A stretch of DNA of 64,000 bases, from assembly GCA_022813965.1 (NCBI GenBank), contig JALDZS010000125.1, positions 1 to 64,000 of the forward strand, written 5' to 3'. Source of the stretch: Toensbergia leucococca. Taxonomy: Eukaryota. Positions 14,748 to 28,960 of this stretch are shown here, in pieces. Numbering within the stretch: the first letter of the stretch is position 1; every line of letters begins with the position of its first letter. A program made the translations under genes and the position numbers. The notes below the pieces were generated by a model. It did no database searches and had not been told where the DNA came from. It worked only from the letters and a program-made list of their open reading frames with translations.

Positions 14748-17153
14748 ATGGCTCTAAACAGCGAGTCAGACAATTCTGTCATGGGAGAGCCTGGAGGCAA
14801 TAATGTTCCTGCTGATGGCACTGGTGAGGCTATACCCTAAAGGCTTGACTATAGCTCACAAACCTAGGTGTAATACAGCTTGACCCGTGGCTCTCGCCGT
14901 TTAGGGATGCCCTTCGAAGCCGATACAGTCATGCACAAAAGTGGATAAAGACATTGGATGAGACGGAAGGTGGTCTGGAGAAGTTCAGTAAGGGATCCGA
15001 GAAATTTGGCCTCAACGTCAAGGAGAACGGCGACATTACATACCGGGAATGGGCTCCCAATGCTACGAAAGCAAACCTTATCGGCGATTTTAGTATTATA
15101 CACCCTCTTCTTTCTTCATAACGCAGCTGACTTGTCCAATTGCAAGATGATTGGAATAGGGAATCCCATCCAATGACCCGGGACAGTTACGGAGTTTGGG
15201 AAGTCACAGTTCCAGCGAAGGATAGAACACCTGCCATACCCCACAATTCCAAGGTCAAGGTGGGTTCCCAATTTTGTAATCCTGGTACAAGACGCCAGCT
15301 TACGAACCTAGATCTCTATGATCATACCTTCAGGGGAGCGTATCGAACGTATCCCAGCCTGGATAAAACGAGTAGTTCAGGATCTATCCGTGTCTCCGAT
15401 ATATGAGGGTGTATTCTGGAATCCTCCACAAAATGAACAATATGTATTCAAACACCCACGGCCAAAAAAACCGCGAAGTGTACGCATATACGAAGCTCAT
15501 GTCGGGATATCATCTCCAGAATTACGTATTACTACATATAAAGAATTTGCAAGAGATACGTTACCGAGAATTCACCACCTTGGTTACAATGTTATCCAGT
15601 TGATGGCCGTTATGGAGCATGCCTATTATGCAAGCTTTGGATACCAGATCAATAGCTTCTTCGCCGCAAGTAGTCGATTTGGCACCCCAGAAGACCTGAA
15701 GGATCTCATAGATACAGCTCATAGCTTGGGAATCAGTGTTCTCTTGGATGTTGTGCACAGCCACGCATCGAAGAATATATATGATGGCCTGAATGAGTTT
15801 GATGGCTCAGACCACCAGTATTTTCATGAGGGAGTCAAAGGAAGACACGAGCTTTGGGACAGTCGACTATTCAACTACGGAAGTCATGAAGTTTTGAGAT
15901 TTCTATTATCCAATTTACGATTTTGGATGGACGAGTACAATTTTGATGGGTTTCGGTTTGATGGCGTCACGAGTATGCTTTATACCCATCACGGGATTGG
16001 AACGTAAGTGAAGATTCTGCCATGTTTTTTGATGATGCTAATGTTCGAAGTGGATTCTCTGGAGGCTATCATGAGTATTTCGGGCCTGGTGTTGATGAGG
16101 ATGGCGTTGTTTACCTCATGCTAGCTAATGAGATGCTGCATCAATTGTACCCAAACTGCATCACAATTGCAGAGGACGTCTCGGGTATGCCTGCATTGTG
16201 CTTGGCTCTATCGCTAGGCGGCATTGGTTTTGATTATAGACTAGCCATGGCTATTCCGGACATGTACATCAAGTGGCTGAAGGAAAAGGAGGACGTAGAC
16301 TGGGATATGGGTGCACTAACGCACACTCTGATCAACCGACGGCATGGCGAGAAAACAATAGCGTATGCCGAAAGCCATGATCAAGCGTAAGTACCATGTC
16401 TTTCTTGATTGGAAGATTGCTGACAATGCTCTCTTAGACTTGTTGGAGACAAGTCATTGTTGATGTGGCTATGTGACTCAGAGCTATATACTAATATGTC
16501 TAAGCTCTCGGTGTTTACGCCTGTCATCGAACGAGGACTAAGCCTGCATAAAATGATTCGGTTGATAACGCACGGTCTTGGCGGAGAAGGATACTTAAAC
16601 TTCGAAGGCAATGAATTCGGTCATCCAGAATGGCTTGACTTTCCTCGGGATGGTAACGACAATAGCTTCTGGTATGCAAGAAGGCAGTTCAACCTCCCAG
16701 ATGACAAGTTACTACGATACCAGTTTCTCAATGAGTTCGATAGCAAGATGCAATGGACTGAAGAGAAGTATGGTTGGCTGCACGCGCCACAAGCATACAT
16801 CAGTCTGAAGAATGAGCTCGACAAGGTGATCGTCTTCGAGAGGGCGGGACTGCTGTGGATCTTCAACTTCCATCCCACTCAAAGCTTTGCCGACTATCGA
16901 GTGGGTATCGAGCAGAGCGGGACATATCAAGTTGTCCTCGATACCGACGATACAGATTTTGGTGGGTTTGGTAGGAATGTCAAAGGAACGAGGTTCTTCA
17001 CAACGCCGTTCGAATGGAATGGAAGGAAGAACTTTATACAAGTTTACATACCTACCCGGACTGCCATAGTGAGTCACAAAGAGAAAATCAAAGAAGAAAT
17101 TGTAAGCTGACGCAGGTTCTCGACAGATACTCGCTCTGGAGTCGACACTATAA
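14748..17153 (+). CDS. GLC3: 1,4-alpha-glucan (glycogen) branching enzyme, GH13
   Basis: [63 protein letters not shown]. Multi-exon. Confidence 0.96.
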
Positions 17154-17762
17154 ATAAAGAAAACTGGGTCGAAGGATTAGGAGGAATTTTGACATGCAGT
17201 GTCTAGGACCTTTTGCGAAGAAGCACGAGTGATCTGAATGCGGTTTTAGATGTACCAGATACGTGTGTATGTGAACATCAGAATTGTCATAACTTGCGGC
17301 GGAGGCGGCATTCGTGCATCAGTGTTCAAGGCCTCTAGAACTCGTGACCGGCGTGTTCACAAGACACATGAGTAGTGCTCACTAAGTAAATGACTCAAAT
17401 CCTCTAACATGCGTGTTCATTCCCATGACCTGTGAGAGTCTCCAAAGTCCGGATTGATGACACTAAAAACATTCTTACGATGTTTTGAGTTACATCACTC
17501 GATGATTAAGGTAAATAGCAAGGTACAAAGAATAGGGCCGAGGGATTCCATCTTGGCGTGGAAAATGTCCTTCGACCCCTCCATCCCGCTAGGGTTGCTT
17601 TCTTCTCAACAAACGCATTCCCAAACCACAGAATCTTTACATTACCTCCTACATCTCTGTCAGTCTCCCGAACAACGATTCTTAAGCACAATTCAAATTA
17701 AGGTACGCGAAATACGTGACACTCAAGCCTCTGTCTTTGACTGACCCCTCAATCATAGCAAC

Positions 17763-19163
<1,401 letters not shown>

Positions 19164-19933
19164 CAATCAAGGCAGAACCAGGCTCTCCGCAGTCAACTGT
19201 GATAGTAGCAATGTTGCTTTGATGAAGTTTGGGGGGTTACAATGACGAAAACGAAAAGGACTGAACTGTGTACTTTTGATGCTCAAGTGCCAAACCAAAT
19301 AGCAATATAAATCAAATGAAGCGCTACACTGGAGAACTATTGTGACAAAAACGACTCCCGCTTCTGTTGCGTCGTAGAGACTAACTTAACCTTGTCGGAC
19401 AGGAGGTGAAAGAGAAGTCATCCATCAGCCATGCCTCACATGGGCGCTAACCACTTTCGGCAGAAATTACAGTAGGTAAATTCATTTCGTTTCTGAAATG
19501 ACTAGGTAGGTACTTTCTCATAGTCGAACTCAATTGAACTAGGTGCCTAAATCTCACCTGAAACTTGAAGTCCTGGTCAGATCTCACTATTCATTTCGAT
19601 GATGAACGTCAGAAAGATAGTCTGAATTTGAGAAGATCCTGCCTCTGCATTTCCATCGAGGTATGAACGCGTTTCTTACATGGGACTTGAGCCAGAAGCC
19701 TGATCTCATGCAGAGGAATACATTGCGCACATAGCTAGCGCAAGTTGATGAAATCACCGTCTCGGGAAAACTATTGTATGAATGGATGTGATCAAGACTC
19801 TGACTTCATACTGAAAACATACACCAGCAATCATTAAGACGTTCGAGTAAGAACCGCGATCGAGCATTTCGATTGCCCATGTTCGGTCATTTGTGATTGA
19901 TCATGCTGTTGCAACTCTCTCATCAATGCGAAT

Positions 19934-22900
19934 ATGAGCTCTTCAGGCAGAATCATGGAAAAAACTGACGACGATACAAAAATGCTTGATGCATCGCAAC
20001 CGGCATCAGCGAAAATCGGATTAATGAATGGTGCTTCTGGCGTCTCTGCGGCTTCAGTCATACCGAATGGCATGAAAAGTCTTCGACGACTTTCAATGTC
20101 ACCACCTCCGTCTCTCAAACAGCTCAAGCAGGTTTCACGAGAAGCTTCGGTTCTTGCTACAGATGTGGCCGATCAACTGAGCTTAGGTTCCTCCGGAAAT
20201 GCTTCGGTAGCGACCGACGCATCGAGCGAAGAGCTTACATCTTCTGTTGCACCATGGCCTCGTCCAAACCCTCCAAAGCTGCTTCGCACAGGTCTCTGCT
20301 ATGATGTTCGCATGCGGTACCATTGTGAACTTGATCCGCCTAAACAGCGGGATGATATTCATCCAGAAGATCCTCGTAGAATCTTCCATATCTACCATGA
20401 GCTTTGTCTAGCTGGATTGGTTGAGGACCCTTCTTCTATCAAGCCTTTGGTTGATAAACCCCTTCTCCGTATTGTCGCCCGCAGCGCCATGCCAGCTGAG
20501 ATATGCTTGGTACATACTAGGCCACATTATGATTTTGTCGAAAGCACAAGAGGTAAGTCTCTATTTGACGCTGACAAGTTCTAGGTAGTACTGACATTAG
20601 TTTCAGATATGTCCGACGACGTGCTTATCCACATGCAGCATCAATACGATTCCATATATTTCAATAAGCTCACTTTTGCAACTGCTCTATTATCTGCCGG
20701 TGGTGCCATCGATACCTGCAGAGCTGTTGCTGGCGGACAGCTGAAGAATGCTATAGCAGTCATTAGACCTCCCGGCCATCACGCAGAATGCAACAGACCT
20801 ATGGGCTTTTGTCTCTTTGACAATGTTTCTATTGCTGTAAGAGTATGTCAGCAAGACCTTCGCGATAGCTGTAGGAAGGTTTTGATTGTGGACTGGTATG
20901 TATATGAGTTCTGAGTGATGAGACTTGGCTGATTCAATGAATGGTGCAGGGACGTTCATCATGGTTTATTCATCTTCCAACGATCAAGATGACCCTGGCT
21001 GACTAGAGTTAGGCAATGGCATACAGCAAGCCTTTTATCAAGATCCTAATGTACTATACATTTCAATCCACGTACATGAGAATGGCGAGTTCTATCCTTC
21101 TGGGCCATATGGTGATCATCTCCACTGTGGCGCTGAACCTGGTCTTGGAAAGTTAGATGCTCGAGGCAAGAGCGAGATTGGAGGAGAAAAGCTAACCCTC
21201 TATCAGGAACATAAATATACCTTGGCCCACCAAGGGCATGGGAGATGCCGATTATCTTTTTGCCTTTCAGCATGTTGTAATGCCTGTGGCATATGACTTC
21301 AACCCAGATTTGGTCGTTAGTAAGTCTTCCATATCTTCAATCTTAACAGGAACATGACTAAGTTTTGAAAGTCGCGGCTGGCTTTGATGCAGCTGCTGGA
21401 GACCAGCTAGGCGGTTGTTTTGTCTCACCAAAGTGCTATGCACACATGACACACATGCTCATGTCACTCGCTGGTGGGAAGTTGGTGGTCTGTTTAGAGG
21501 TTTGTACTATTACCTAGCTTGATATCCAAAGCATTCTAAACAGGTCCTAGGGTGGCTATAATCTTGATTCGATTTCCAAATCAGCTTTAGCAGTCACTCG
21601 TACTTTGATGGGCGAGCCACCTGATCGACTGCGAGAAACTTCAGCTACAATATCTGGTATTGCCACGGTACAGAAGGTAGCACTGATTCAGTCCAAGTAC
21701 TGGCATTGTCTATATCCAAAAGACACTGATAAAGGTCAGCCTTCGTTCTGTAAGCTGAAGAGTGTATTAATCGAGAAATAGGTGTCGGTGAGAGGTTTGG
21801 AGTCGAACGAATGCACGGTAAGTCTCCTAGTGCTAAAGCATTTTATGGACGGCTCTCTGATTTTGAGCAGATATCGTACGCTCTTATCAAAGCGGTCAGC
21901 TTTACGGCGATCACAAGATGACTAGCTTGTGGATCTACCATGACAGATTATCAAAGTCCTTTAAAGATCAGGTCATCGCTACGTACGACGCAAAAGATCA
22001 GGCCGACAACATGATCGAAGCTGACTTTCAGGCAGTCCAAATTACCATAAGGCCATACCTTTACTCGTTATTCTGCATGACCCGTAAGCCAGCCTCTTGC
22101 AATACATTCCAGGCCGTGGTATTTACCACTTCCCTAGGCCACCAGTTTTCACTGTTCTACAGCCAGGCACCCAACGGCTAGACTTACACAACATCTACCT
22201 GGTACGTTTGAACCTGCGACTACACCTCAGTTGAGGCTTTACTGACATTCGGAAGGCTGATTTATCAAAGCACTACATAAAGTGGGCTATTGATCAGGGC
22301 TGGGCTGTTATTGACGTTAATATCCCTACACACATCACTGGCTTCGAAGTATGTAACCTTCTGTCCAACATAACAAGCGGATGGCTAATGTCCTATCAGC
22401 GTGGAATAGACCATCAAGAAGAAGACAAAGTCAAACGGACCATTGAGACTGAAGAAATAGCAATCTACTTATGGGAAAATTATATTGAGTAAGCTACACA
22501 TTATGGGTTTCTGTGTGTGCAGCTCTGACTACATGACAGATGCAACGATGCTACAGAAATTTTCTTCATGGGAGTCGGCGCGTGTTATCACGCAATATTA
22601 CATCTGCTGGTGAATCGCGGTACTTAACCTCCATCGTCCTGGACCCTAACCCCCTTACAAGCAAGCACTGATTCTCCTCGTCCCTCAGAGTCCTTCCGTG
22701 AACGTCTCACGGCAACGGTCAATTTCGTCGCTGAGAACCTGCTTCTCCCAATAAACGACCAAAACATATACAACCTAGCAAAATGGTACTACAACGTAAG
22801 TCATCCTCCTGACCCAAGTCCTGCTCTTCCCTGGAAAAGCCCGAAATTAGAAAGACACACACCTCCAACTGATAGCCTTACTAAAACAGAATTCCCTCAT

Positions 22901-23120
22901 CTTCGTAACAGCCAACCATGCAGTCTGGGATCCAGAGCGTCAACGGCGCCCTTCCAAACGCTTTGGCCAGCTAGTCAGATCGCCTGAGAAGGAAATGGAT
23001 CGTATGCTTCAGGTCCACCGGGACGAGGTAGGGATTTTCTTTAGGAAGAAGGTCGGGGCTGGGTTTGGACGAGGGAGGGGTGAGGGAGGAAAGGGAAGAG
23101 TTTTGGGGATGGGGATGTAG
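19934..23120 (+). CDS. HDA1: Class II histone deacetylase Hda1/Clr3/HdaA with C-terminal Arb2-like region
   Basis: [54 protein letters not shown] and LE/GGYNL. Highly intronated. Start codon (19934 or 19955) and last exon are approximate. Confidence 0.92.
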
Positions 23121-23778
23121 CTCTATGTTTTTCGAATCATTGAAGGGAGGAGCTATGGGGTTCTTGTAAATCATGCTCTGTGAGAGGAGGAGGGGTTGTG
23201 TTCCTGAATGAAAGGGGGATAGCATAACTTGTACCAACGGCATTAGCATAATAGCGTAGGTAGTGTTTGAATACTCTGATGCAAACCTGCATACGGAGTA
23301 TTCTAGGTAATGTATCTTCACTTTATCCTTTTTTCTAGGCACCGGCAAAACATACAAGCGGACCCGTAATGAGCGGTGAAGCAATCCCATCTCCCGTATA
23401 AATGCATTCCCTCTCTCCCTCTTTACGCTTCCCCCTCTTTCCTGTACAATAAGCATGATAACCCTAAACAATCCCAGCCTGTCGTGGCTGGCAAAGCCAT
23501 CACACTCTCTTCGAGCTCCATCTATTGATGAGTCTCGACCCATTGATAGCCCCAATGAAGGGGTCTCTGCCACTTGATCCCCCTGTGCTCTCTTTTCGAC
23601 GAGGTACAACAAGTGTCCCGTACCGAGTCGAAACACCAGGAAGATATTCACCGAGGACGTTAAAGGAGGCCTGGGTAGAAGATCTTTTGCTTAAGAACAA
23701 CATAGACTGTCAGAAGAAGAGTATAGACAAAAACACCTTTCAAGAATTTACAAATCCCAATCATTACAACCAAGCACC

Positions 23779-24882
23779 ATGTTCTTCTCCGACCTAGCCA
23801 ATGAGCTCGTCCTCCAAATCTTTCAATCTTGCCCCACCGTCCCAGACGTTCTCGCCCTTGCAGCAACCTGTCACCACTTCCGCAACATCCTCACCCCCTC
23901 CCAAAAACTTCCCGTCCTCTACCAAGCCGCCGAAGCCCAATTTGGCCCACTCCAAGACGCTATCCAGCTTGTCACTCACAACTCTAGTCAAGCCGCACAC
24001 GTGCCTCGCCCAGTCCCTCGATCCTTTGCCCTCCTCACCCAGATCATTTCCGTCGGCCACGTCGCCAATACATGGGGCCAAATCTACCCCTTCCAAAAGT
24101 GGAAACATGATCAAGCGCCTTCTCGCCGCCTTCTTAGCTCTAACGAGCACTACCTTCTCCGGCGAGCAATCTATCGCCTCTGGCTCTATTCCTCCGCCTT
24201 CCACACCCCGCGCCACACCCGCCTGATTCGCACGCAGGTCCCTCTGGTCCGCGAGCGCGCCGAGCTCCTACGTTGCTGGCCAACTGCCCACCTCGCGGAA
24301 ATGCTCGACATGCATGCCATTATGCGTTCGGTACTTCGCTCGCACATTTGCCCAAGCAATGGCACCGTGGCCCGCAAACACCGCGCTCGCTTTCCCGATG
24401 GTAGCAGTAGCCATGTCCTCTCGAACACGCACATCCATCTCAACTACCCCCCTCTCTCTTCCTCGGCCCTCCTTTTCCAGACCCACTTCCATAGCACTAA
24501 TCATGGCCTCTTCCAATGGGATCAATCCCGTCCCTCGTCCAAATATCACTATCATGACGCCATTCTCGCCGAAGGCTGGGGCGACGAAATCCACCACTAT
24601 TACGTCGTCGAAGATATGCTGAAGCTTGATCCTGGACAGATTCTGTTGCTGAGGGATAGCGGTGTGGGAAAGGGAGATTTTGGTGTTGGTTCTGGTAGTG
24701 GGGGAGGCGTGGCTAGTAAAGGGGTGGTGGAGGCGTTTGTGAGGGGTTTGGGGGAGTGGTTTGAGAATAATGGGGAGACTTTCCAGGAGACGGTTGCTTG
24801 GGTTATCAGGGAGAGGGGTGGGGATGGGGACGAGGTGAAGGGGGAGGTTGAGGATGGGTTTGAGGGTGTGACGAGGTGGTGA
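23779..24882 (+). CDS. F-box-like domain protein (fungal conserved hypothetical), single exon
   Basis: 367-aa ORF starting FSDLANELVLQIFQSCPTVPDVLALAATCHHFR (F-box-like pattern), with RRAIYRLWLY and YYVVEDMLKLDP blocks. Confidence 0.75.
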   Translation: MFFSDLANELVLQIFQSCPTVPDVLALAATCHHFRNILTPSQKLPVLYQAAEAQFGPLQDAIQLVTHNSSQAAHVPRPVPRSFALLTQIISVGHVANTWGQIYPFQKWKHDQAPSRRLLSSNEHYLLRRAIYRLWLYSSAFHTPRHTRLIRTQVPLVRERAELLRCWPTAHLAEMLDMHAIMRSVLRSHICPSNGTVARKHRARFPDGSSSHVLSNTHIHLNYPPLSSSALLFQTHFHSTNHGLFQWDQSRPSSKYHYHDAILAEGWGDEIHHYYVVEDMLKLDPGQILLLRDSGVGKGDFGVGSGSGGGVASKGVVEAFVRGLGEWFENNGETFQETVAWVIRERGGDGDEVKGEVEDGFEGVTRW

Positions 24883-25452
24883 TGATGGGGTTGGTGGCAC
24901 TCGTGGCTGATAGGGTGGGTGTGGGGCTTTTCAGGGAAATGGATGTCAGGCTTTTTTTTTTTATAGTAGTAGGAACTGGTCTAGTTTTTAACATTTACGC
25001 TCGCTGCGGACAGATGGGATGCGCTTATTTGAGGGTGCTTGCTGTTTAAAAACGGCACTCATTCGCCTTACTTTGTGTCCAAGCTCGTTGCTACCTAACG
25101 TCCAGGAATTCTGGACCGCATAACTGCTGTGCACCGTTTTTGGAGGGGGGGGTTTGATTACCCACACTCAAGGAAGGAGTGTAGAATAAATTAAAAGTGC
25201 CACCTAGTAGTCGGGGGTAGGGTGGGTGGAATATGTTTTTTTTTTGGCCGGCTATTCTATGTGTTTGCCACTGTTTACTTGACTAATTCGAAACTAAAGC
25301 TGCCGAAAAGACTATCGCACGTAGAAGGGGGGATCCGGATTGTACGTACAGGGATCCAGGTTGCAGTAGGTATGGATTCCCAGTCTCTTTATTCCCCCCC
25401 TCGTTGCCTCCTACAAGAGACATATTCATAATCCTCCACTGCAGTTCCGCCC

Positions 25453-28400
25453 TCACGCCGCAACGGCCTCCCCCTCCAACTTCTTCCGCTCCTCCCTCCT
25501 CGCCTTCCTCGCCTCCTCCTTCTTGAGCCACTCAGTCTCCCACTCCGCAATCCGATGGTTCTTGATACACTCCTCGGCCGTCATAACCTCCAGCTAAAAC
25601 ACAGAAGTCAACATATAAGCAAACACCCCCCTCCCCAAAAGTCATGAAGCAAGGATGCCAAAAGGCAACTTACATGATTCCACTTCTTCGCCCATTCATT
25701 CCGTAGACCTTGCCTCACATCCCCCGGTCGCCCTCCCGAAACCACATGGAACCTACGATGCTTCTCCAACTTCGTCATCGCCCATCCAGCAAACCAGTCC
25801 ACGATGGCCGCATCATTCTTGAAAATAGCCTCGACGTCCAAGCCTTCCTTTCCGACGGATTCGTCAATGGTCGAGATACCCTTGCAGCATTGCACAGCGG
25901 CTTCGTCTACTGGGGTCTCGTATTCTGGGTGTTCCATCATATCGAATGGCAAGATGTAATATATGATTTCATAGATCTCGACGTAGACGTGTCCGATGTC
26001 CATTTCGCGGTTTTCGATGACGCCGAGGATGAAGTCTCTAATCCTTGGGCGGGTGACCACTTTCCAGAGTTGTGCTGGTTTGGTGCCTAGGACATAGTGG
26101 CGGAACCAGTTCAGAATTCTTACGCACTGACGGGGTCGGAGAAGTATTAGAGAGTCAGTCAGGAGGAGAGCTCCGCCATGGGGGAATAGACGGTTTAGAA
26201 AGGGCTCGTTGCGCGGTGGGTTGAAAGTTAGGCTGAAAATATTCATGGGCCTATGGAGAAGCCGAGCAAGGCCGGGGATCAAGTGGTACCAATAAAAGGA
26301 TTCATGAATCTGGCAATCATGTCAGAAATATCATGACGATGAGTGAACACAAATCCTTACTATGACTACACCTGCCTCGACATGATTCAAGAAATAGTCC
26401 CAAGCCCCTTCGATCTCGCCAAAAGTGCTGTATATGGTGGCATTGTAGGCTGCAAGATACCGAACAACCATATCATGCTCTTTCTCGTGTTTCTTGCCGT
26501 ACATGAGGAAGAACGTATTAGGATCTTGGGTTGGCTTAGTCACAGGAGGTATGAGACTAGCATGCTTGACATCTAAAAGTGCACGGAACACAGCACCAAT
26601 GTTGGGCTCGCCGTCTTGAAATTCGAATTTTTGTTTCGGGGCTAACAGATCTACACTCGAGGGTTCCGTAGCCTGTAAGTCCGTAGCTGACGAGTCATTG
26701 TGTTTTGCGTTCAATGCTGGGAAAGGCCTCCGCATCAAAAACCTAAGACCGCTCGAGGCTGGCACGGGTGGAAGTGTCTCAACAAGATAGCTCCAAAAGT
26801 CGCATCCAGTGGGATACATCAGTATGGCAAATTCATCGTTGGAGAGTAGAGCGCCTGCAACATAGGTTTTCAAGGTATGAGTCATGTCATCGACAGCATC
26901 GGCTGTATTTGAAAATGGCACAACGTGGCCCACTCCGAAATTATCTTCAGGTTCCTTGAACTTGGTTAGCTGTGGTACGCGTGCTATTAAGAGCGGCAGG
27001 AGGGACTGACGCCATTGAAATGGTTTCGATAATCATCGGCACCGACGATGTCCTTGAATCGGAGTTGCAACTTCGATCCTACTTTGGAAGCTAGAAGCAG
27101 ACGTTTGTATCTTCCATCGAGGTCCCTCAATCGTACGTCTCCAATGACTCTCGTATCATGCCCTATTAGGATGGTGGCAATTACGTCTGGTCCTTCTCGT
27201 CCACTCGGGCTCGGTGATTCGAATTGTGAGCTCGACATTGGCATGGATCGTTGAGTGTAGGTCTTTAAAGGGATCGAAGGTCGTCTTGAAAGGCTTTGAC
27301 TTGGTCCTTTGGGTGCATTCGACGGAGGCCCTGTTAAAGTTGCTGGGAGTGAACTCGATGTAAGTTGAGGTTGAGGTGTGGATTGGATGGCTAATTGATC
27401 ATGTGAATCAACCGAATCTATCTGCATCAAATCCTCGCCTCCTGAATCTACCGCATCTGCATCCATTTCCATGTCTTTGATATCCTTACCTCTACTCTGC
27501 CGTTGTTCTAAGATCATTTCAAAAGGACTCTTTGAAGGTAAACCTTGCAAAGGAGTGGTGCTTGTCTTTTTGATGGGTTGTCTTGTTTTCACGCTAAAGA
27601 GTGTGAGATCGTCAAGATTCGGTGGTGGTTCGTTTCGTCCTCTCTTTTCAATCTTCCTCTTGGTTGAAAGCTTGCTAAAGATCTCGGGGGCCTTTCCGCC
27701 AGTGTTTGTTGAACTTTGCCGTACTGGTGGGTTTTGTCTTACTGGCTTTTTTGCATTCCAATTACTCATCACAGCTGCGCCGGTGACCTTGGGCCTAGCA
27801 GTTGCACCAGATGGCCGCCGTCGAATGTCTATTCTCGCAGGACCTCTACCAGCGCTACGTGATGGTTCGTTGATGGTCCCGGAATAAGACGCTTTGGCAG
27901 GAGGCTTCTCTATTCGTGTCGATGGCGGTTGATTGGAGACTGAAGGCACTCTCTGAGCAACAAGATTTGGAGCCTTGATTACTCCACTCGATTTTGCCAC
28001 CCCTTCCGCACGAGACTTAGCAGGCTTCTGGGTCTTTCGATGCGTTTTATCGAGCTCCTTTATTCTCAGGTCTTCCATCAAGGAGTCGTCGGTAGAAACG
28101 TCTTCGTCATCGAGGGCGGTAATCTGATCCTTCGACACTTGCTTCAGACTCTTTGTCATATGCTTTGACGACAAATCAACCTTTGGTTGGCTATCCGCGA
28201 GTTGCAACCATGTTGGGATATCCCTCCCACTCTGCTGGAAAGCCAACAGTAGATTACGTACTTTTCTCTTTAGATCCAGTGGTCTTCGGGAGCTCAATGT
28301 GTTACTGATTGTACCACGTTGTCCAAACAATATGAGTATCTGGTTCCAGTGAGGACCTTGCACGCGCTCTATTCCTTCTTTCAGACAGCGCTCTTCCAAA

Positions 28401-28960
28401 GGCGTCCATACAAGACTGTCTCCCACATCTTCTCGATACTCGCCTTTTTGGTCTGGTTTTGGCAACTCATGTGGACTCTTGCTTCTCCAATTCCGAGGAG
28501 GGCTATCGAGATCCATTTCATCTTCACCAGATTGCAGATTTGAAGAGGACTCTATTTGTTTCTCGGACTCGTCGGTTGCAACTGTTAAGCCTAAACGCAA
28601 TCTCTTGGCTCGTCGACGAGACTTTCGCTTCTCTGTCGCTGCTATCCATGTCTCTACCTTATCTTCCAAAGCGCTGACATCGTATGGTCGCTGAAGGCCT
28701 CTATCTATACGCATCTTCCGGGTCTCCCATTCGAACATGGTGTTGTCATCTTGAAAATTAGATCTTGTCTCCCAAGTGCATCGCTCATCGGGATATCCTT
28801 CCCACTTGACAAGATACTCGGTATGGTCTGCAACTGTCCTCTCAGCGAGGATTGCCTCGAGTGGATACTCTTCTCGAGGCTCGCTCAAGACTGTCGACGT
28901 AACGGATACAACATCGTCGTCGCTTGACTCAGGTGAGCCAAAAGTCATGAGATTTGACAT
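25453..28960 (-). CDS. Chromodomain protein (Chp1/CDP-like) with an internal Tbf1/TRF-type Myb domain
   Basis: N-terminal chromodomain EEYPLEAILAE..YLVKWEGYPDERCTWE. Myb-like WTPLEERCLKEGIERVQGPHWNQIL..LKRKVRNL. ORFs 26987-28960, 26331-26933 and 25608-26282 plus a last exon ending TGA at 25453 can be joined by three introns. Confidence 0.85.

Noticed and set aside
22971..23651. 226-aa minus-strand ORF
   Set aside because: It overlaps the HDA1 last exon and 3' region in antisense and has no domain features.
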